The position numbers and the translations under genes were made by a program. Shown here piece after piece: positions 33,318-33,333 of a stretch of 33,333 bases of DNA. The notes under the pieces were generated by a model. That model saw nothing but the letters and a program-made list of their open reading frames with translations. It did not search any database and had not been told where the DNA came from. The stretch is from Acidobacteriota bacterium (GTDB taxonomy: Bacteria; Acidobacteriota; Terriglobia; Acidiferrales; UBA7541): NCBI GenBank assembly GCA_003133505.1, contig PKXT01000006.1, forward strand, positions 1 through 33,333, read 5' to 3'. How positions within the stretch are numbered: the stretch's first letter is position 1; each line of letters starts with the position of its first letter.

Positions 33318-33333
33318 TTTCTACTTGACATTA

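Larger units (their letters stand above)
1392..33333 (-). mobile_element. Prophage late region (packaging, HK97-type head, RcGTA-like tail, lysis, cargo genes); ends not defined, right side continues beyond the window
   Basis: Uninterrupted co-directional array of recognisable phage structural and lysis genes with translational coupling. No integrase or att repeat was seen. Confidence 0.85.

Noticed and set aside
1-33333. Integrase, att direct repeats, a CRISPR array, a toxin-antitoxin pair or a recognisable defence system.
   Set aside because: None was found by reading all ORF translations and intergenic regions. The window contains only late phage genes plus the left flank.

Overview
Nearly the whole window (about 1.39-33.3 kb) is the late region of a siphovirus-type prophage in a high-GC genome. 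About 45 tightly packed genes all run on the minus strand, many with ATGA or TGATG overlaps. From right to left the order is: three small unknown genes, HNH endonuclease, P27-type small terminase, Terminase_1 large terminase, HK97-type portal, an 86-aa ORF, S49 (SppA-like) prohead protease/scaffold, HK97-type major capsid protein, and a head-tail joining set (gp6-like connector, adaptor, HK97-gp10-like, DUF3168-like). These are followed by the tail tube, a tail assembly chaperone with a -1 frameshift extension, and a 1102-aa tape measure. Next comes an RcGTA-like distal tail block: DUF2460, DUF2163, NlpC/P60, a gp15-like host-specificity protein split by one in-frame TAA, and a DUF2793-like fibre. 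After that lie a run of signal-peptide or lipoprotein-bearing proteins, a four-gene lysis cassette and several small cargo-like genes. No integrase, att site, CRISPR array, rRNA or clear tRNA is visible, so the element's boundaries are not resolved. The left 1.3 kb holds a helix-rich non-coding segment that runs off the window edge and one convergent plus-strand secreted-protein gene. That gene ends at a strong terminator that also closes the 32-kb leftward block. The points most worth follow-up are: (1) Sec/lipoprotein signals on 'tail-fibre region' proteins; (2) a beta-sandwich module shared by a secreted protein inside the head-tail genes and a secreted glycosidase-like protein; (3) the TAA-split host-specificity gene with inserted W-x4-Y-x2-G-[ND] modules; (4) a 10-Cys cluster in the protease/scaffold; (5) a cargo gene plus structured spacer between tail tube and chaperone; (6) the unassigned structured region at 1-416. 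All family names are my own recognition of sequence motifs and gene order; no database search was run.
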